The position numbers were made by a program, and so were the translations under genes. Source: Candidatus Tenderia sp. (GTDB lineage: Bacteria > Pseudomonadota > Gammaproteobacteria > Tenderiales > Tenderiaceae). Taken from it: a stretch of DNA of 16,594 nucleotides. This document shows, piece after piece, positions 7,778 through 16,594 of the stretch. Where the stretch lies: the NCBI GenBank assembly GCA_031416075.1, contig JANOSY010000001.1, positions 1 through 16,594 of the forward strand, read 5' to 3'. Under the pieces are notes generated by a model. That model had not been told where the DNA came from and ran no database searches. It worked only from the letters and a program-made list of their open reading frames with translations. Positions within the stretch are counted from its first letter, which is position 1. The number at the start of each line of letters is the position of its first letter.

Positions 7778-7835
7778 GTCTAAATATAACAGTTCACCAC
7801 CATGGTGTGACTGTTATAAGAGGGATAGTAAGTTA

Positions 7836-9047
7836 ATGAGCGGCCAGAATGCACGCAATATAGAGCATCTCGAAAACGCTTTTCAGACATTTAACCAAGT
7901 GTCTGAAGAGTTGATCTCCTCATATCATCTCCTTGAGTGCCAAGTCGAACAGCTTAACAGGGAACTTTCTATTGCCCGTGATGAGCGCCTCCAGCAGCTT
8001 GATGAGACAAAAAAGCTGGCTAATCGTTTAGAGCATTTTATTAATGCCCTTCCTGGTGGAGTAGTCGTAATCGATGGTCGGGGTATTGTCTGTGAAGTGA
8101 ATCCAGTCGCTGTAGAGTTGCTGGGTCAACCCTTAAAAGGAATTTTATGGCGCAATGTTATTCAGCGTGCCTTTGCCCCCCAATTTGATGATGGCCATGA
8201 AGTTTCTTTGCGTGATGGCCGGCGTGTCAGCATTGCTACCAGTTCCTTAGGAGATGAGCCGGGACAGATCTTATTAATTAAAAATGTTACTGAGACTCGC
8301 CAGCTGCAGGAGAAATTGAGTCGTTATCAACGGCTTTCATCCATGGGGCAGATGGCGGCTTCATTAGCACACCAAATTCGTACACCAACATCAGCAGCAC
8401 TGCTCTATCTTTCTGCTTTACGTCGACATAAAAAAAATCCGGAGGACATTGAAAAATACAGCGATAAAATTCGCGATCAATTACGCCATATAGAAAGTAT
8501 GGTAGGCGACATGCTTGTCTATGTAAAAGGTGTTGAAAATACACAAAAAAATGTATTTGAGATTGACTCGTTAATTAGAAAATTATCAGAAGTAGCACAG
8601 ATACAGGCGCAGTCCAGAAGGTGTCAATTAATTGTTTTGAATAAAGTGTCAAGGCGGAAGATAAAAGGAAATGAGGATGCTCTGTTGGGAGCACTTATTA
8701 ACCTGATAATGAATGCAATAAATGCAAACAACGGTGTAGAGAATCCATTTGTAGAGGTGATTTTTAGTCAACATGACGCCAATACCCTGCAGATTACGGT
8801 GCGTGATAATGGTTGTGGTATTCCGGAAACGATTAAAAACAACATATTTGAACCATTTATAACCAGCAGCCCTCAAGGGACTGGGCTTGGATTAGCGGTT
8901 GTAAAATCAGTGATCGATAAATTTGGTGGTGAAATAACATTTAATACGCAACCAGGGAGTGGTACTGAGTTCAGGGTAATATTGCCTCATTTATTGAGTG
9001 CAGACGATCTTTCTGAACAGAACTTACAAAAAGAGGTGTGTAAATGA
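7836..9047 (+). CDS. fleS: PAS-domain sensor histidine kinase FleS/FlrB
   Basis: LENAFQTFNQVSEELISSY coiled coil, PAS region ALPGGVVVID...DDGHEVSLRDGRRVSI, H-box SLAHQIRTP, N-box NLIMNA, and DNGCG / GTGLGL G-boxes. Start moved to ATG 7836 because the track's TTG 7761 overlaps the promoter. Confidence 0.95.
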   Translation: MSGQNARNIEHLENAFQTFNQVSEELISSYHLLECQVEQLNRELSIARDERLQQLDETKKLANRLEHFINALPGGVVVIDGRGIVCEVNPVAVELLGQPLKGILWRNVIQRAFAPQFDDGHEVSLRDGRRVSIATSSLGDEPGQILLIKNVTETRQLQEKLSRYQRLSSMGQMAASLAHQIRTPTSAALLYLSALRRHKKNPEDIEKYSDKIRDQLRHIESMVGDMLVYVKGVENTQKNVFEIDSLIRKLSEVAQIQAQSRRCQLIVLNKVSRRKIKGNEDALLGALINLIMNAINANNGVENPFVEVIFSQHDANTLQITVRDNGCGIPETIKNNIFEPFITSSPQGTGLGLAVVKSVIDKFGGEITFNTQPGSGTEFRVILPHLLSADDLSEQNLQKEVCK

Positions 9048-10381
9048 GTTCAGCAGCCGTTCTGGTGGTTGAGGATGACAGTTCGTTGCGTGATGCATTA
9101 TGTGACACATTGGTATCAGCAGGATTCAAAGTAAAAGCAGTTGCCAATGCCCAAGCTGCACTTAAAGTGATTGAGAGTGAGAAGTTTTCAATGGTGGTCA
9201 GCGATGTGCATATGCAACCAATGGGAGGAAATGAACTGTTACATCAATTAAAGATTAAGTTTCCGAATCTCCCTGTAGTATTAATGACTGCTTATGGCAG
9301 CATAGAGAAAGCAGTGGCGGCGATGCGTGATGGTGCCAGTGACTATTTGGTTAAACCTTTCGAAGCAGAAGTCTTGATCAACATGGTGAGTCGTTATCTT
9401 GATCAGGATCATCCGAGTAGTGATTTGATTGTGCTGGATAAACGCATGATGGAGACCGTGGCTCTGTCTGAAAGAGTTGCAGTCACGGATGTTACTGTCA
9501 TGATAAATGGTGAGAGCGGCACGGGGAAAGAGGTGATTGCACGGCATATTCACAATAGTTCGAATCGTAGAACAGGGCCATTTATTGCGATTAATTGCGC
9601 TGCAATACCCGAAAACATGTTGGAGGCTATGCTGTTTGGTTATGAAAAGGGAGCTTTTACAGGTGCCTATCAGGCATGTGCCGGAAAATTCGAGCAGGCT
9701 CAGGACGGCACTATCTTGCTGGATGAGATATCCGAGATGGAACTTGGCCTTCAGGCGAAATTGTTGCGTGTCTTGCAGGAGCGTGAGGTAGAGAGATTGG
9801 GTGGTAAAAAGCCCATTACATTGAATGTTAGGGTGCTGGCAACAAGCAACCGAAATATGAAAAATGAGGTGTCCGCTGGACGTTTTCGTGAGGATCTCTA
9901 TTATCGTCTTAATGTTTTTCCCTTGACTCTTCCACCGCTACGTTTACGTATAAAGGATATAGTCCCTATCGCTGAAATGTTCATTCATAAATACTCTGAT
10001 GGAAGAGTTCCATTAGCACTCAGTAATGATGCAAAAATGGCACTCGAACAGCATAATTGGCCAGGAAACGTGCGTGAATTAGAAAATGTTATTCAGCGTG
10101 CGTTGATTTTATGTTCAGGAGAATCTATATCCCGGTACGATCTTTGCTTTGAGAGTGAAAAGGATGACGAAATAATGGCGCAGGAGGCGACTGATATTAC
10201 CGATACAGGGCTAAATGGAGGTCTTAGAGCTAAGGAAAGCGACTTGATATTGAATGCTTTGCATGAGTGTGGCGGTAGTAAAAAAAGTGCAGCAGAGAAT
10301 CTTGCTATCAGCCCCCGGACGCTGCGTTATAAATTGGCGCGGATGCGAGAGCAGGGAATCTTTATCCCGGGTGACCATTAG
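9044..10381 (+). CDS. fleR: sigma54-dependent response regulator FleR/FlrC
   Basis: REC domain (VVEDD, VVSDVHM, MTAYG, KPF), GESGTGKE, GAFTGA, LLDEISE and HTH ISPRTLRYKLARMR; 4-nt overlap with fleS. Confidence 0.96.
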   Translation: MSSAAVLVVEDDSSLRDALCDTLVSAGFKVKAVANAQAALKVIESEKFSMVVSDVHMQPMGGNELLHQLKIKFPNLPVVLMTAYGSIEKAVAAMRDGASDYLVKPFEAEVLINMVSRYLDQDHPSSDLIVLDKRMMETVALSERVAVTDVTVMINGESGTGKEVIARHIHNSSNRRTGPFIAINCAAIPENMLEAMLFGYEKGAFTGAYQACAGKFEQAQDGTILLDEISEMELGLQAKLLRVLQEREVERLGGKKPITLNVRVLATSNRNMKNEVSAGRFREDLYYRLNVFPLTLPPLRLRIKDIVPIAEMFIHKYSDGRVPLALSNDAKMALEQHNWPGNVRELENVIQRALILCSGESISRYDLCFESEKDDEIMAQEATDITDTGLNGGLRAKESDLILNALHECGGSKKSAAENLAISPRTLRYKLARMREQGIFIPGDH

Positions 10382-10411
10382 ACACTACGAATGTTTATGG
10401 AGAATGCAGTA

Positions 10412-10735
10412 ATGAGTGATATGAGCATAGATAAAGTATTAATGCAGATGCGTGTATTGGCCGCGCAAGCAGGCGGTGTACCTTCTGCCCAAGAAGCGGC
10501 TGCATCAAGTGGTGTTAATTTTTCCGAACTACTGGGTAAATCTGTAAATGCTGTCAATGAGGCCCAAAAAATTTCAGGCGATCTAAAAAGTCGTTTTGAG
10601 ATGGGTGATCAAGGCGTCAGCATGGTTGATATTGCAGTGGCTTCAGAAAAGGCCAGAATATCGTTTACAGCGATGACTGAGGTTCGTAATAAATTGGTTG
10701 AAGCGTATAAAGATGTTATGAGCATGCCGGTCTGA
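10412..10735 (+). CDS. fliE: Flagellar hook-basal body complex protein FliE
   Basis: FSELLGKSVNAVNEAQ...EVRNKLVEAYKDVMSMPV. ATG 10412 follows GGAG at 10399-10402. Confidence 0.96.
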   Translation: MSDMSIDKVLMQMRVLAAQAGGVPSAQEAAASSGVNFSELLGKSVNAVNEAQKISGDLKSRFEMGDQGVSMVDIAVASEKARISFTAMTEVRNKLVEAYKDVMSMPV

Positions 10736-10756
10736 TGAAACAGGACGGGAATTATC

Positions 10757-12364
10757 ATGGCGCTAGTTAAGGCAGCTGATGTTGGGGCAGGCATAAACAA
10801 CCTGCCACTTGTTAAGCAATTAGGCCTTATGGTCGGGTTTGCTGCCAGTATCGCCCTGGCAGTGGCGATAGTGATATGGGCGCAAGAGCCTAGTTACCGC
10901 ATGCTTTACGGAAACCTGTCAGATCAGGAGGTTCTGGAAATTTCCACAGCATTAAATCAAGCGGGTATTAAATTTCAGGTGAATGATACCACCGGGGCTA
11001 TTATGGTTGATGCGCCTCAGATACATGATGCTCGTATGAAACTCGCCAATGCTGGTTTGCCAAAAGGGAGTGGCACAGGGTATGAGTTATTAGATAAAGA
11101 GCAAGGATTTGGCACCAGTCAGTTTGTAGAGACCACTCGCTATCAGCGTGCCGTTGAAGGAGAGTTGGCTAAAACAATTTCATCATTAACCAATGTTCAA
11201 TCTACCAGGATTCACCTTGCCATACCCAAACAGTCAGCATTTGTGCGCGATCGGAAAAAACCAACGGCTTCAGTAATGTTAAATTTATACCAGGGGCGCG
11301 TAATGACACCTGAACAGGCCTCATCTATCGCTCACCTAGTAGCTTCCAGCATTCCTAATTTAGAGGTTGAGGATGTCACCGTCGTTGACCAGAATGGGCG
11401 CTTGCTTACTAAAGCAGAAGAGGCCGATGAGATGGGGCGCTCTAGTACTCAATTTGAATATCGCAAGAAACTGGAAGAGTATTACATTCGTCGTATTCAA
11501 GAAATCATTGAACCCATCACAGGTGTCGGTAAGGTTAAGGCGCAGGTAGCCGTTGATTTGGATTTCACAATAAGTGAGCAGACACAAGAGTCTTTCAATC
11601 CTGACTTGCCTTCAATTAGAAGCGAACAAACAATAGAAGAAGAGACCTTGGGTGCAGGTAGTAATGGCGTGCCTGGTGCATTAAGCAATCAGCCAGCCCA
11701 GGCGGGGACAACTGTGCCACCATCCGCGGCGGCTGGTTCAGACAACCAAGCAAAGAACAGTGCCCGTCGTAGTGTTATAAATTATGAGCTGGATAAAACA
11801 ATTAGCCATACTCGCCACCAAATAGGCACATTAAAGCGCCTGTCTGCTGCCATAGTGGTTGATGAAAGGGTGACCAAAAATGAAGCTGGAGAGACAACCT
11901 CAAAACCCCTCACAGATGAAGAAATGGGAAAAGTCACGGCATTGGTAAAAGAGGCAATTGGTTTTGATGTGGGTCGTGGCGATAGCGTTAATGTTATTAA
12001 CGTTCCGTTTCTGCCTGTGCCCGAAATGGAACCGGCAGCCGAGCCATCTATATTAAGCCAGCCATGGGTATGGGGTGCAGGTAAATTATTGCTGGGAATT
12101 ATCGCGGTGATTTTAATAATATTTGTGGTGCTCAAACCAGTATTAAAAATGTTGGCAGCGCATGGTGGGGGAACAGATTCACCTGCAAGTGAAGGGGACG
12201 AAAAATCAGGCTATTCTAAAACAGCTGCCCCCGTCGAAGATACTATGCCTATGTTGTCAGGAGTGACCTATGCACAACAGCTTGAAATGGTTAAAGCGGT
12301 TGCTAAACAGGAACCACATCGGGTTGCTAATATTGTAAAAGATTGGGTAGAAAGTGATGGCTGA
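10757..12364 (+). CDS. fliF: Flagellar MS-ring protein FliF
   Basis: Two TM segments; GYELLDKEQGFGTSQF, AVEGELAKTI, RIHLAIPKQSAFVRD, GVPGALSNQP, NYELDKTI, AIGFDVGRGDSVNV. Confidence 0.98.
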   Translation: MALVKAADVGAGINNLPLVKQLGLMVGFAASIALAVAIVIWAQEPSYRMLYGNLSDQEVLEISTALNQAGIKFQVNDTTGAIMVDAPQIHDARMKLANAGLPKGSGTGYELLDKEQGFGTSQFVETTRYQRAVEGELAKTISSLTNVQSTRIHLAIPKQSAFVRDRKKPTASVMLNLYQGRVMTPEQASSIAHLVASSIPNLEVEDVTVVDQNGRLLTKAEEADEMGRSSTQFEYRKKLEEYYIRRIQEIIEPITGVGKVKAQVAVDLDFTISEQTQESFNPDLPSIRSEQTIEEETLGAGSNGVPGALSNQPAQAGTTVPPSAAAGSDNQAKNSARRSVINYELDKTISHTRHQIGTLKRLSAAIVVDERVTKNEAGETTSKPLTDEEMGKVTALVKEAIGFDVGRGDSVNVINVPFLPVPEMEPAAEPSILSQPWVWGAGKLLLGIIAVILIIFVVLKPVLKMLAAHGGGTDSPASEGDEKSGYSKTAAPVEDTMPMLSGVTYAQQLEMVKAVAKQEPHRVANIVKDWVESDG

Positions 12365-13370
12365 AGAGGGTGAAAAGAGCAAACCATTGACTGGTGCTGA
12401 GCGTGCTGCAATTTTGCTAATGAGCATAGGCGAGGCCGATGCAGCGGAGGTTCTAAAAAAACTTGGACCAAAAGAGGTGCAGCGTGTGGGCAGTGCTATG
12501 GCACATCTGGCTAATGTTGGTAAACAGGACGTCGCTGACGTTTTAAACTCATTTGTTGAGATGGTTGACGGTCAGGCATCTTTAGGTGGATCAGAAGATT
12601 ATATTAAAAAACTACTGATATCAGCATTAGGTGAAGGGAAGGCTGGTCAGGTAATTGATAGAATTCTTTTTGGTCATAACTCAAAGGGATTGGAGTCACT
12701 TAAATGGATGGAACCTAAAGCAGTAGCAGAGGTTATCCGGCGTGAACATCCACAAATTATTGCTATTGTTCTTTCATATCTAGACGCCGATCAGTCGGCA
12801 CAGGTATTAGCACTAATGCCAGAACGTACACGCTCAGATACTATAATGAGGATTGCCTCACTCGATGGTATCCAGCCTGCCGCATTAAATGAGCTAGATA
12901 TGATCCTGGATAAACAGTTCTCAGGAAATAGCGGCGTTCAATCCTCTAATGTTGGTGGCAAGAAAACTGCAGCTAACATACTTAACTTTATGGACACCAC
13001 TATCGAAAGTGAAATCATTGAAGAGGTTAAAGAGGCCGATGCTGAGCTGGCACAAGCACTCGAAGATTTAATGTTTGTCTTTGATAACCTGGTTGACATA
13101 GACGATCGTGGAATTCAGTCACTGCTCCGTGAAGTGTCTTCTGAAAATCTGGTGATGGCACTTAAAGGTGCGGAAGAGCCTTTACGTGAGAAAATATTTA
13201 AAAACATGTCAAAACGTGCCAGTGAGATGTTGCGTGATGACCTGGAATCTCGTGGACCTGTACGTCTAAGTGAAGTGGAGGCAGCACAGAAAGAGATTCT
13301 TGCCATTGCTCGTCGCATGATGGATTCAGGAGAGTTGGTCATTGGTGGAAAAGGAGAATCCTTTGTCTAG
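12357..13370 (+). CDS. fliG: Flagellar motor switch protein FliG
   Basis: RAAILLMSIGE, EHPQIIA, GGKKTAANILN, MFVFDNL, NMSKRASEMLRDDLE; overlaps the fliF stop codon. Confidence 0.98.
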   Translation: MAEEGEKSKPLTGAERAAILLMSIGEADAAEVLKKLGPKEVQRVGSAMAHLANVGKQDVADVLNSFVEMVDGQASLGGSEDYIKKLLISALGEGKAGQVIDRILFGHNSKGLESLKWMEPKAVAEVIRREHPQIIAIVLSYLDADQSAQVLALMPERTRSDTIMRIASLDGIQPAALNELDMILDKQFSGNSGVQSSNVGGKKTAANILNFMDTTIESEIIEEVKEADAELAQALEDLMFVFDNLVDIDDRGIQSLLREVSSENLVMALKGAEEPLREKIFKNMSKRASEMLRDDLESRGPVRLSEVEAAQKEILAIARRMMDSGELVIGGKGESFV

Positions 13371-14010
13371 ACTAATATCATCCAGTAATCTATTTACAGC
13401 ATGGACTAAACCTGATCTTGGTGATGATGTTAAAAAAAAGAAATGGGAAAATATATCGGTTGAATCACCAGTTGACTATCAAATAGAATTGGAGAGACAA
13501 GCGGCTGAGATAAAGGATAGCGCTCGTCTTCAAGGATATAAAGAGGGCCATATTGAGGGTCTTGAGCAAGCGCGACAGGAGATAGAAATATGTGTTCAAA
13601 AATTGAAAGTGTTAATGGACGCACTAGCTTCGCCACTTGAACAACTTGCTGATGATATCGAAGATGAACTAGTTAAACTTTCCATTGCTATAGCTAAACA
13701 GATTGTTCGCCGTGAGCTAAAAACAGAACCAGGCCAAGTGATTGGTGTAGTGAAAGAAGCTCTTAGTGCATTGCCAGCTGCGGGCCAGAATATCAAGCTT
13801 CACCTGCATCCAGAAGATGCAAAATTAATTGAAGAGACAATGTTGGTAAATGCCAATGAGGGAAAGTGGGTCGTAATTGATAATCCTGTAATACAACGTG
13901 GTGGCTGCCGTATTGAAACAGAATCCTCCAATGTAGATGCCACCATTGAATCACGAGTTGCCGCGATTGCTGCTCGAATTATGGGGGGCGAGCGCACCAA
14001 TGACAGCTGA
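13363..14010 (+). CDS. fliH: Flagellar assembly protein FliH
   Basis: AxxxGxxxGxxxG repeat ([16 protein letters not shown]), [41 protein letters not shown] 13363 preferred because AAGGAG lies at 13351-13356. Confidence 0.93.
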   Translation: MSRLISSSNLFTAWTKPDLGDDVKKKKWENISVESPVDYQIELERQAAEIKDSARLQGYKEGHIEGLEQARQEIEICVQKLKVLMDALASPLEQLADDIEDELVKLSIAIAKQIVRRELKTEPGQVIGVVKEALSALPAAGQNIKLHLHPEDAKLIEETMLVNANEGKWVVIDNPVIQRGGCRIETESSNVDATIESRVAAIAARIMGGERTNDS

Positions 14011-15376
14011 AACAGCGCTCTTCAAGGATATGGCGCAACGTCTTATTCAACGTGGAGACTCCATTGCTGAACGTGTGCCGTTACAGGTTACCGGTAAGCT
14101 TACCCGTATGGTAGGTTTAACATTGGAGGCGGTAGGTGTACGAGCAGTCATTGGCAGCCGCTGTATCATTGTTAACGAAGGTGGAAAACCGGTTGAAGCA
14201 GAAGTAGTCGGATTTGCAGGTGATAAAACGTATCTCATGCCAATTGGTGACATTCGTGGCTTAATGCCAAATGCGGCTGTAATCCCCACCCATGGTGTCT
14301 GTTCTGCACCAGTGGGTATGGCGCTGTTAGGACGGGTGCTGGATGGTTCAGGGAAACCGCTGGATAACCAGGGGCCTATCGAAGTAGAGGCCCAGGTCTC
14401 TCTGACTGGAAACTTCATCAATCCACTTAATCGTCACCCCATTGAAGAGCCGCTCGATGTGGGTGTGGCAGCTATTAATGCACTGCTAACAGTTGGGCGT
14501 GGACAACGTATGGGGTTGTTTGCTGGTAGTGGTGTAGGTAAAAGTGTTCTCTTAGGTATGATGACAAAATATACCACTGCAGATGTGATTGTTGTCGGGT
14601 TGATTGGTGAACGTGGTCGTGAAGTGAAAGAGTTTATTGATAAAATTTTAGGGCCAGAGGGGCGTGCTCGTGCCGTCGTAGTTGCCACTCCAGCTGACAA
14701 CTCGCCATTAATGCGAATGCATGGCGCTATGTTATCCACGAGCATTGCTGAATATTTCCGTGATAAAGGATTACATGTACTGCTGCTGATGGACTCCCTC
14801 ACCCGATACGCACAGGCGCAACGTGAAATTGCGCTGGCTATTGGTGAACCTCCGGCCACTAAAGGATATCCACCTTCAGTATTTGCCAAATTGCCGCAGC
14901 TGGTAGAAAGGGCCGGCAATGGAACAGAGGGTGGTGGATCGATTACAGCATTTTATACAGTATTAACGGAGGGAGATGATCAGCAAGATCCTATTGCTGA
15001 TTCTGCCCGTGCTATTCTGGATGGGCATATTGTTTTGTCGCGGAATCTTGCAGAGATGGGGCACTACCCAGCCATCGACATAGAAGCGTCCATCAGTCGT
15101 GTAATGAATGAAATAGTTACGCCAGAACATTTAGCCCACGCACGCCGCCTCAAGCAACTGTATTCATGTTACCAACAGAATCGTGACTTAATCAGCGTAG
15201 GTGCATACAGTAAAGGCAGTAACCCTGCCGTAGATGAAGCAATTGCCTACCATCCAAAAATAATGCAGTTTCTTGCACAAGAATTTAGTGAATCAGTGCA
15301 GTTTGATGAAAGCCTTGCTGGATTAGAAGCGTTGATACAGAAAAATCAACCTGATAAAAGAGTGGCAACTACCTGA
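14000..15376 (+). CDS. fliI: Flagellum-specific export ATPase FliI
   Basis: [15 protein letters not shown], Walker [56 protein letters not shown] 14000 overlaps the fliH end. Confidence 0.98.
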   Translation: MTAETALFKDMAQRLIQRGDSIAERVPLQVTGKLTRMVGLTLEAVGVRAVIGSRCIIVNEGGKPVEAEVVGFAGDKTYLMPIGDIRGLMPNAAVIPTHGVCSAPVGMALLGRVLDGSGKPLDNQGPIEVEAQVSLTGNFINPLNRHPIEEPLDVGVAAINALLTVGRGQRMGLFAGSGVGKSVLLGMMTKYTTADVIVVGLIGERGREVKEFIDKILGPEGRARAVVVATPADNSPLMRMHGAMLSTSIAEYFRDKGLHVLLLMDSLTRYAQAQREIALAIGEPPATKGYPPSVFAKLPQLVERAGNGTEGGGSITAFYTVLTEGDDQQDPIADSARAILDGHIVLSRNLAEMGHYPAIDIEASISRVMNEIVTPEHLAHARRLKQLYSCYQQNRDLISVGAYSKGSNPAVDEAIAYHPKIMQFLAQEFSESVQFDESLAGLEALIQKNQPDKRVATT

Positions 15377-15380
15377 ATAG

Positions 15381-15833
15381 ATGCCAATGGAAAATTCAAA
15401 AAGATTTAAACCAATTGTTGATTTAGCTCATGACTCAGAGCGTCAGGCTGCACGTGCACTAGGTGTGGCACTGCAAAAACTGAATGAAAGTAAAGAGCAG
15501 CTTGATCAACTTAACAGTTATCGAGAGGAATATACGCAGCGTTTACAGCAGGCAGGTGTCCATGGTATGAGTGGCCAACAACTTAATGAATACCATGGTT
15601 TTATGGCAAAAATAGATGCAGCAATCACCAGCCAAAAATCAACAATAGAAAAGATGCAAGTGATATTAGAGGATAAAAAAAAGTTTTGGTCATCAAAACG
15701 GGGAAGATCAAAAGCACTGGATAGTGTGTTGGATAGTTATCTAAAAAAAGAGCAGGTTAAAATAGACAAACGTGACCAAAGGGAACAGGATGATCGTGCT
15801 GGCCATGGCGAAAACGGTAATGGGCATGAGTAA
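15381..15833 (+). CDS. fliJ: Flagellar export protein FliJ
   Basis: 150-aa coiled-coil protein after fliI: SKRFKPIVDLA, QLDQLNSYREEY, FMAKIDAAITSQ, DQREQDD. The start may instead be ATG 15387. Confidence 0.93.
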   Translation: MPMENSKRFKPIVDLAHDSERQAARALGVALQKLNESKEQLDQLNSYREEYTQRLQQAGVHGMSGQQLNEYHGFMAKIDAAITSQKSTIEKMQVILEDKKKFWSSKRGRSKALDSVLDSYLKKEQVKIDKRDQREQDDRAGHGENGNGHE

Positions 15834-16024
15834 AACACCACACTTTGTGATCCTCTTCTAATCTCTACTGGCCATACATTGGTTTACTGAGTACTGCATT
15901 AAAATGCCGTTTGGGTATGATTTTGGGATAGTTCAGTGTTTAAACGGTAATCACATTACATATTGTGGCAATATCTGGATAGAGAAACCTTTAATATCAG
16001 CACGACCCATGCATCAAATAGATG

Positions 16025-16067
16025 CCCTTTTTCGTTCGTGGTTCGACACGCTTACATGAACAAAGGG
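16025..16067. repeat. Imperfect palindrome, degenerate REP-like element or possible terminator
   Basis: CCCTTT-ttc-GTTCGTG-gttcgacacgctta-CATGAAC-AAAGGG. The core resembles the dispersed GTTCGTGGTTCGACAAGCTCACCACGAAC-type repeat, recalled from memory. Confidence 0.35.
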
Positions 16068-16171
16068 GGTTAATACTCCCCCGACTGACATCGTAAGACG
16101 TTCACTGTATCTGACAAAAATATTATCAGTAGTGGCACATCCAAGGTTGATGCTCACCATGATGAAGGTGT

Positions 16172-16203
16172 ATTAATGACTAAAAATTTTTTTAGTCATT
16201 AAT
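16172..16203. repeat. Perfect inverted repeat (15-bp arms, 2-nt spacer)
   Basis: ATTAATGACTAAAAA-TT-TTTTTAGTCATTAAT, read directly. Confidence 0.85.
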
Positions 16204-16216
16204 TATCAATAGGTTA
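16204..16216 (+). promoter_or_regulatory. IHF consensus site
   Basis: TATCAA-TAGG-TTA is an exact WATCAA-N4-TTR match in an AT-rich context. Confidence 0.5.
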
Positions 16217-16240
16217 TGTAATTGTCCATCATAAGGTTTA

Positions 16241-16456
16241 AACCACCGACTTTAGCCGGTGAGCTTTAGCTGCGAAAATAGGCTGCACGAAAGGAGGTGC
16301 GGCATGGATTACAGGTACGGCAGTCATACGGTGTATCAAATTGAGTACCACTTTGTATGGGTGACGAAGTACCGGTACAAAGTATTGAGAGCTGAGGTGG
16401 CGGAGCGCGTTCGAGATCTGGTGAGGGAGACGTGCGAAGCCTTTGAGATCCTGATC
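16241..16456 (+). mobile_element. IS200/IS605-family element, left end and 5' part (interrupted)
   Basis: Subterminal hairpin CACCGACT-TT-AGCCGGTG (16244-16261) after TTTA, then an AAGGAGGT RBS and the tnpA N-terminus. The left boundary is approximate. Confidence 0.8.
16304..16456 (+). pseudogene. tnpA: IS200/IS605 Y1 transposase TnpA, truncated after about 51 codons
   Basis: MDYRYGSHTVYQIEYHFVWVTKYRYKVLRAEVAERVRDLVRETCEAFEILI contains the YHxVWxTKYR motif. Similarity ends before the expected HUH (DHVH) motif; the frame continues into unrelated sequence. Confidence 0.88.
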
Positions 16457-16594
16457 TCAGTCATCCCCTCATTTTTTAGCTTAAACAAAGCCAAGCATTG
16501 CACTCCATGCACGCTGCTCACGCAGCATCTCCGAGAATTTTTGCATGATAGGCGCAAGCCATTTCTCTGGCATGTTCGGGATCAACCCGTAAAT
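16456..16594 (-). mobile_element. End of a second insertion sequence (probably IS4 family) inserted in tnpA
   Basis: Abrupt junction at about 16456-16458 (CTCAGTCATCCCCTCATTTTTT, candidate terminal IR), about 25 nt beyond the stop of a minus-strand transposase-like ORF. Confidence 0.55.
16481..16594 (-). CDS. Transposase C-terminus (likely IS4 family), 5'-partial
   Basis: IYGLIPNMPEKWLAPIMQKFSEMLREQRAWSAMLGFV*. The YxLIPNMPE...F motif is recalled from IS4-family transposase C-termini; only 37 aa are visible. Confidence 0.55.
   Translation of the reverse strand: MYGLIPNMPEKWLAPIMQKFSEMLREQRAWSAMLGFV

Noticed and set aside
7761-7835. ORF-track N-terminal extension of FleS (similar extensions for FliS, FleQ, FliE, FliI)
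   Set aside because: The FleS extension overlaps the sigma54 promoter. Downstream starts have better RBS or coupling and match family N-termini.
11360-14919. Small alternate-frame and antisense ORFs inside fliF-fliI
   Set aside because: They are shadows of conserved flagellar genes.
14000-15376. F1-ATPase beta or injectisome SctN assignment
   Set aside because: The fliH/fliJ context and the linked fliE-F-G genes identify it as flagellar FliI.
15834-16240. Small gene, tRNA (GTTCGA motif at ~16041) or CRISPR array in the post-fliJ gap
   Set aside because: No ORF of 60 aa or more, no cloverleaf around the GGTTCGA, and no regularly spaced direct repeats.
16336-16557. 73-aa minus-strand ORF in the track
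   Set aside because: It spans the junction of two IS fragments out of frame with the real transposase C-terminus, so it is an artefact.

Overview
Gammaproteobacterial polar-flagellum gene cluster of the FleQ/FlrA (sigma54) type. Left to right: a long minus-strand Maf/DUF115 flagellin-modification gene that runs off the left edge (absent from the ORF track), divergent from fliC-flaG-fliD-fliS-fliT; an atypical (tPilZ-like) PilZ gene; fleQ; and fleS-fleR-fliE-fliF-fliG-fliH-fliI-fliJ. A ~470-bp non-coding stretch with palindromes follows, then a truncated IS200/IS605 tnpA interrupted by the end of a second, probably IS4-family, element at the right edge. Promoter motifs for sigma28, sigma54 (three sites) and sigma70 can be read directly, as can FleQ-box-like and IHF-like sites. 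I found no clearly new multi-gene system. The most interesting signals are regulatory: a FleQ-box-like motif shared by the fliC leader and the fleQ -35, a tPilZ gene beside a FleQ that keeps its c-di-GMP motifs, and a possible orphaned enhancer cut off by nested IS elements. All family assignments come from motif recognition, not database searches.
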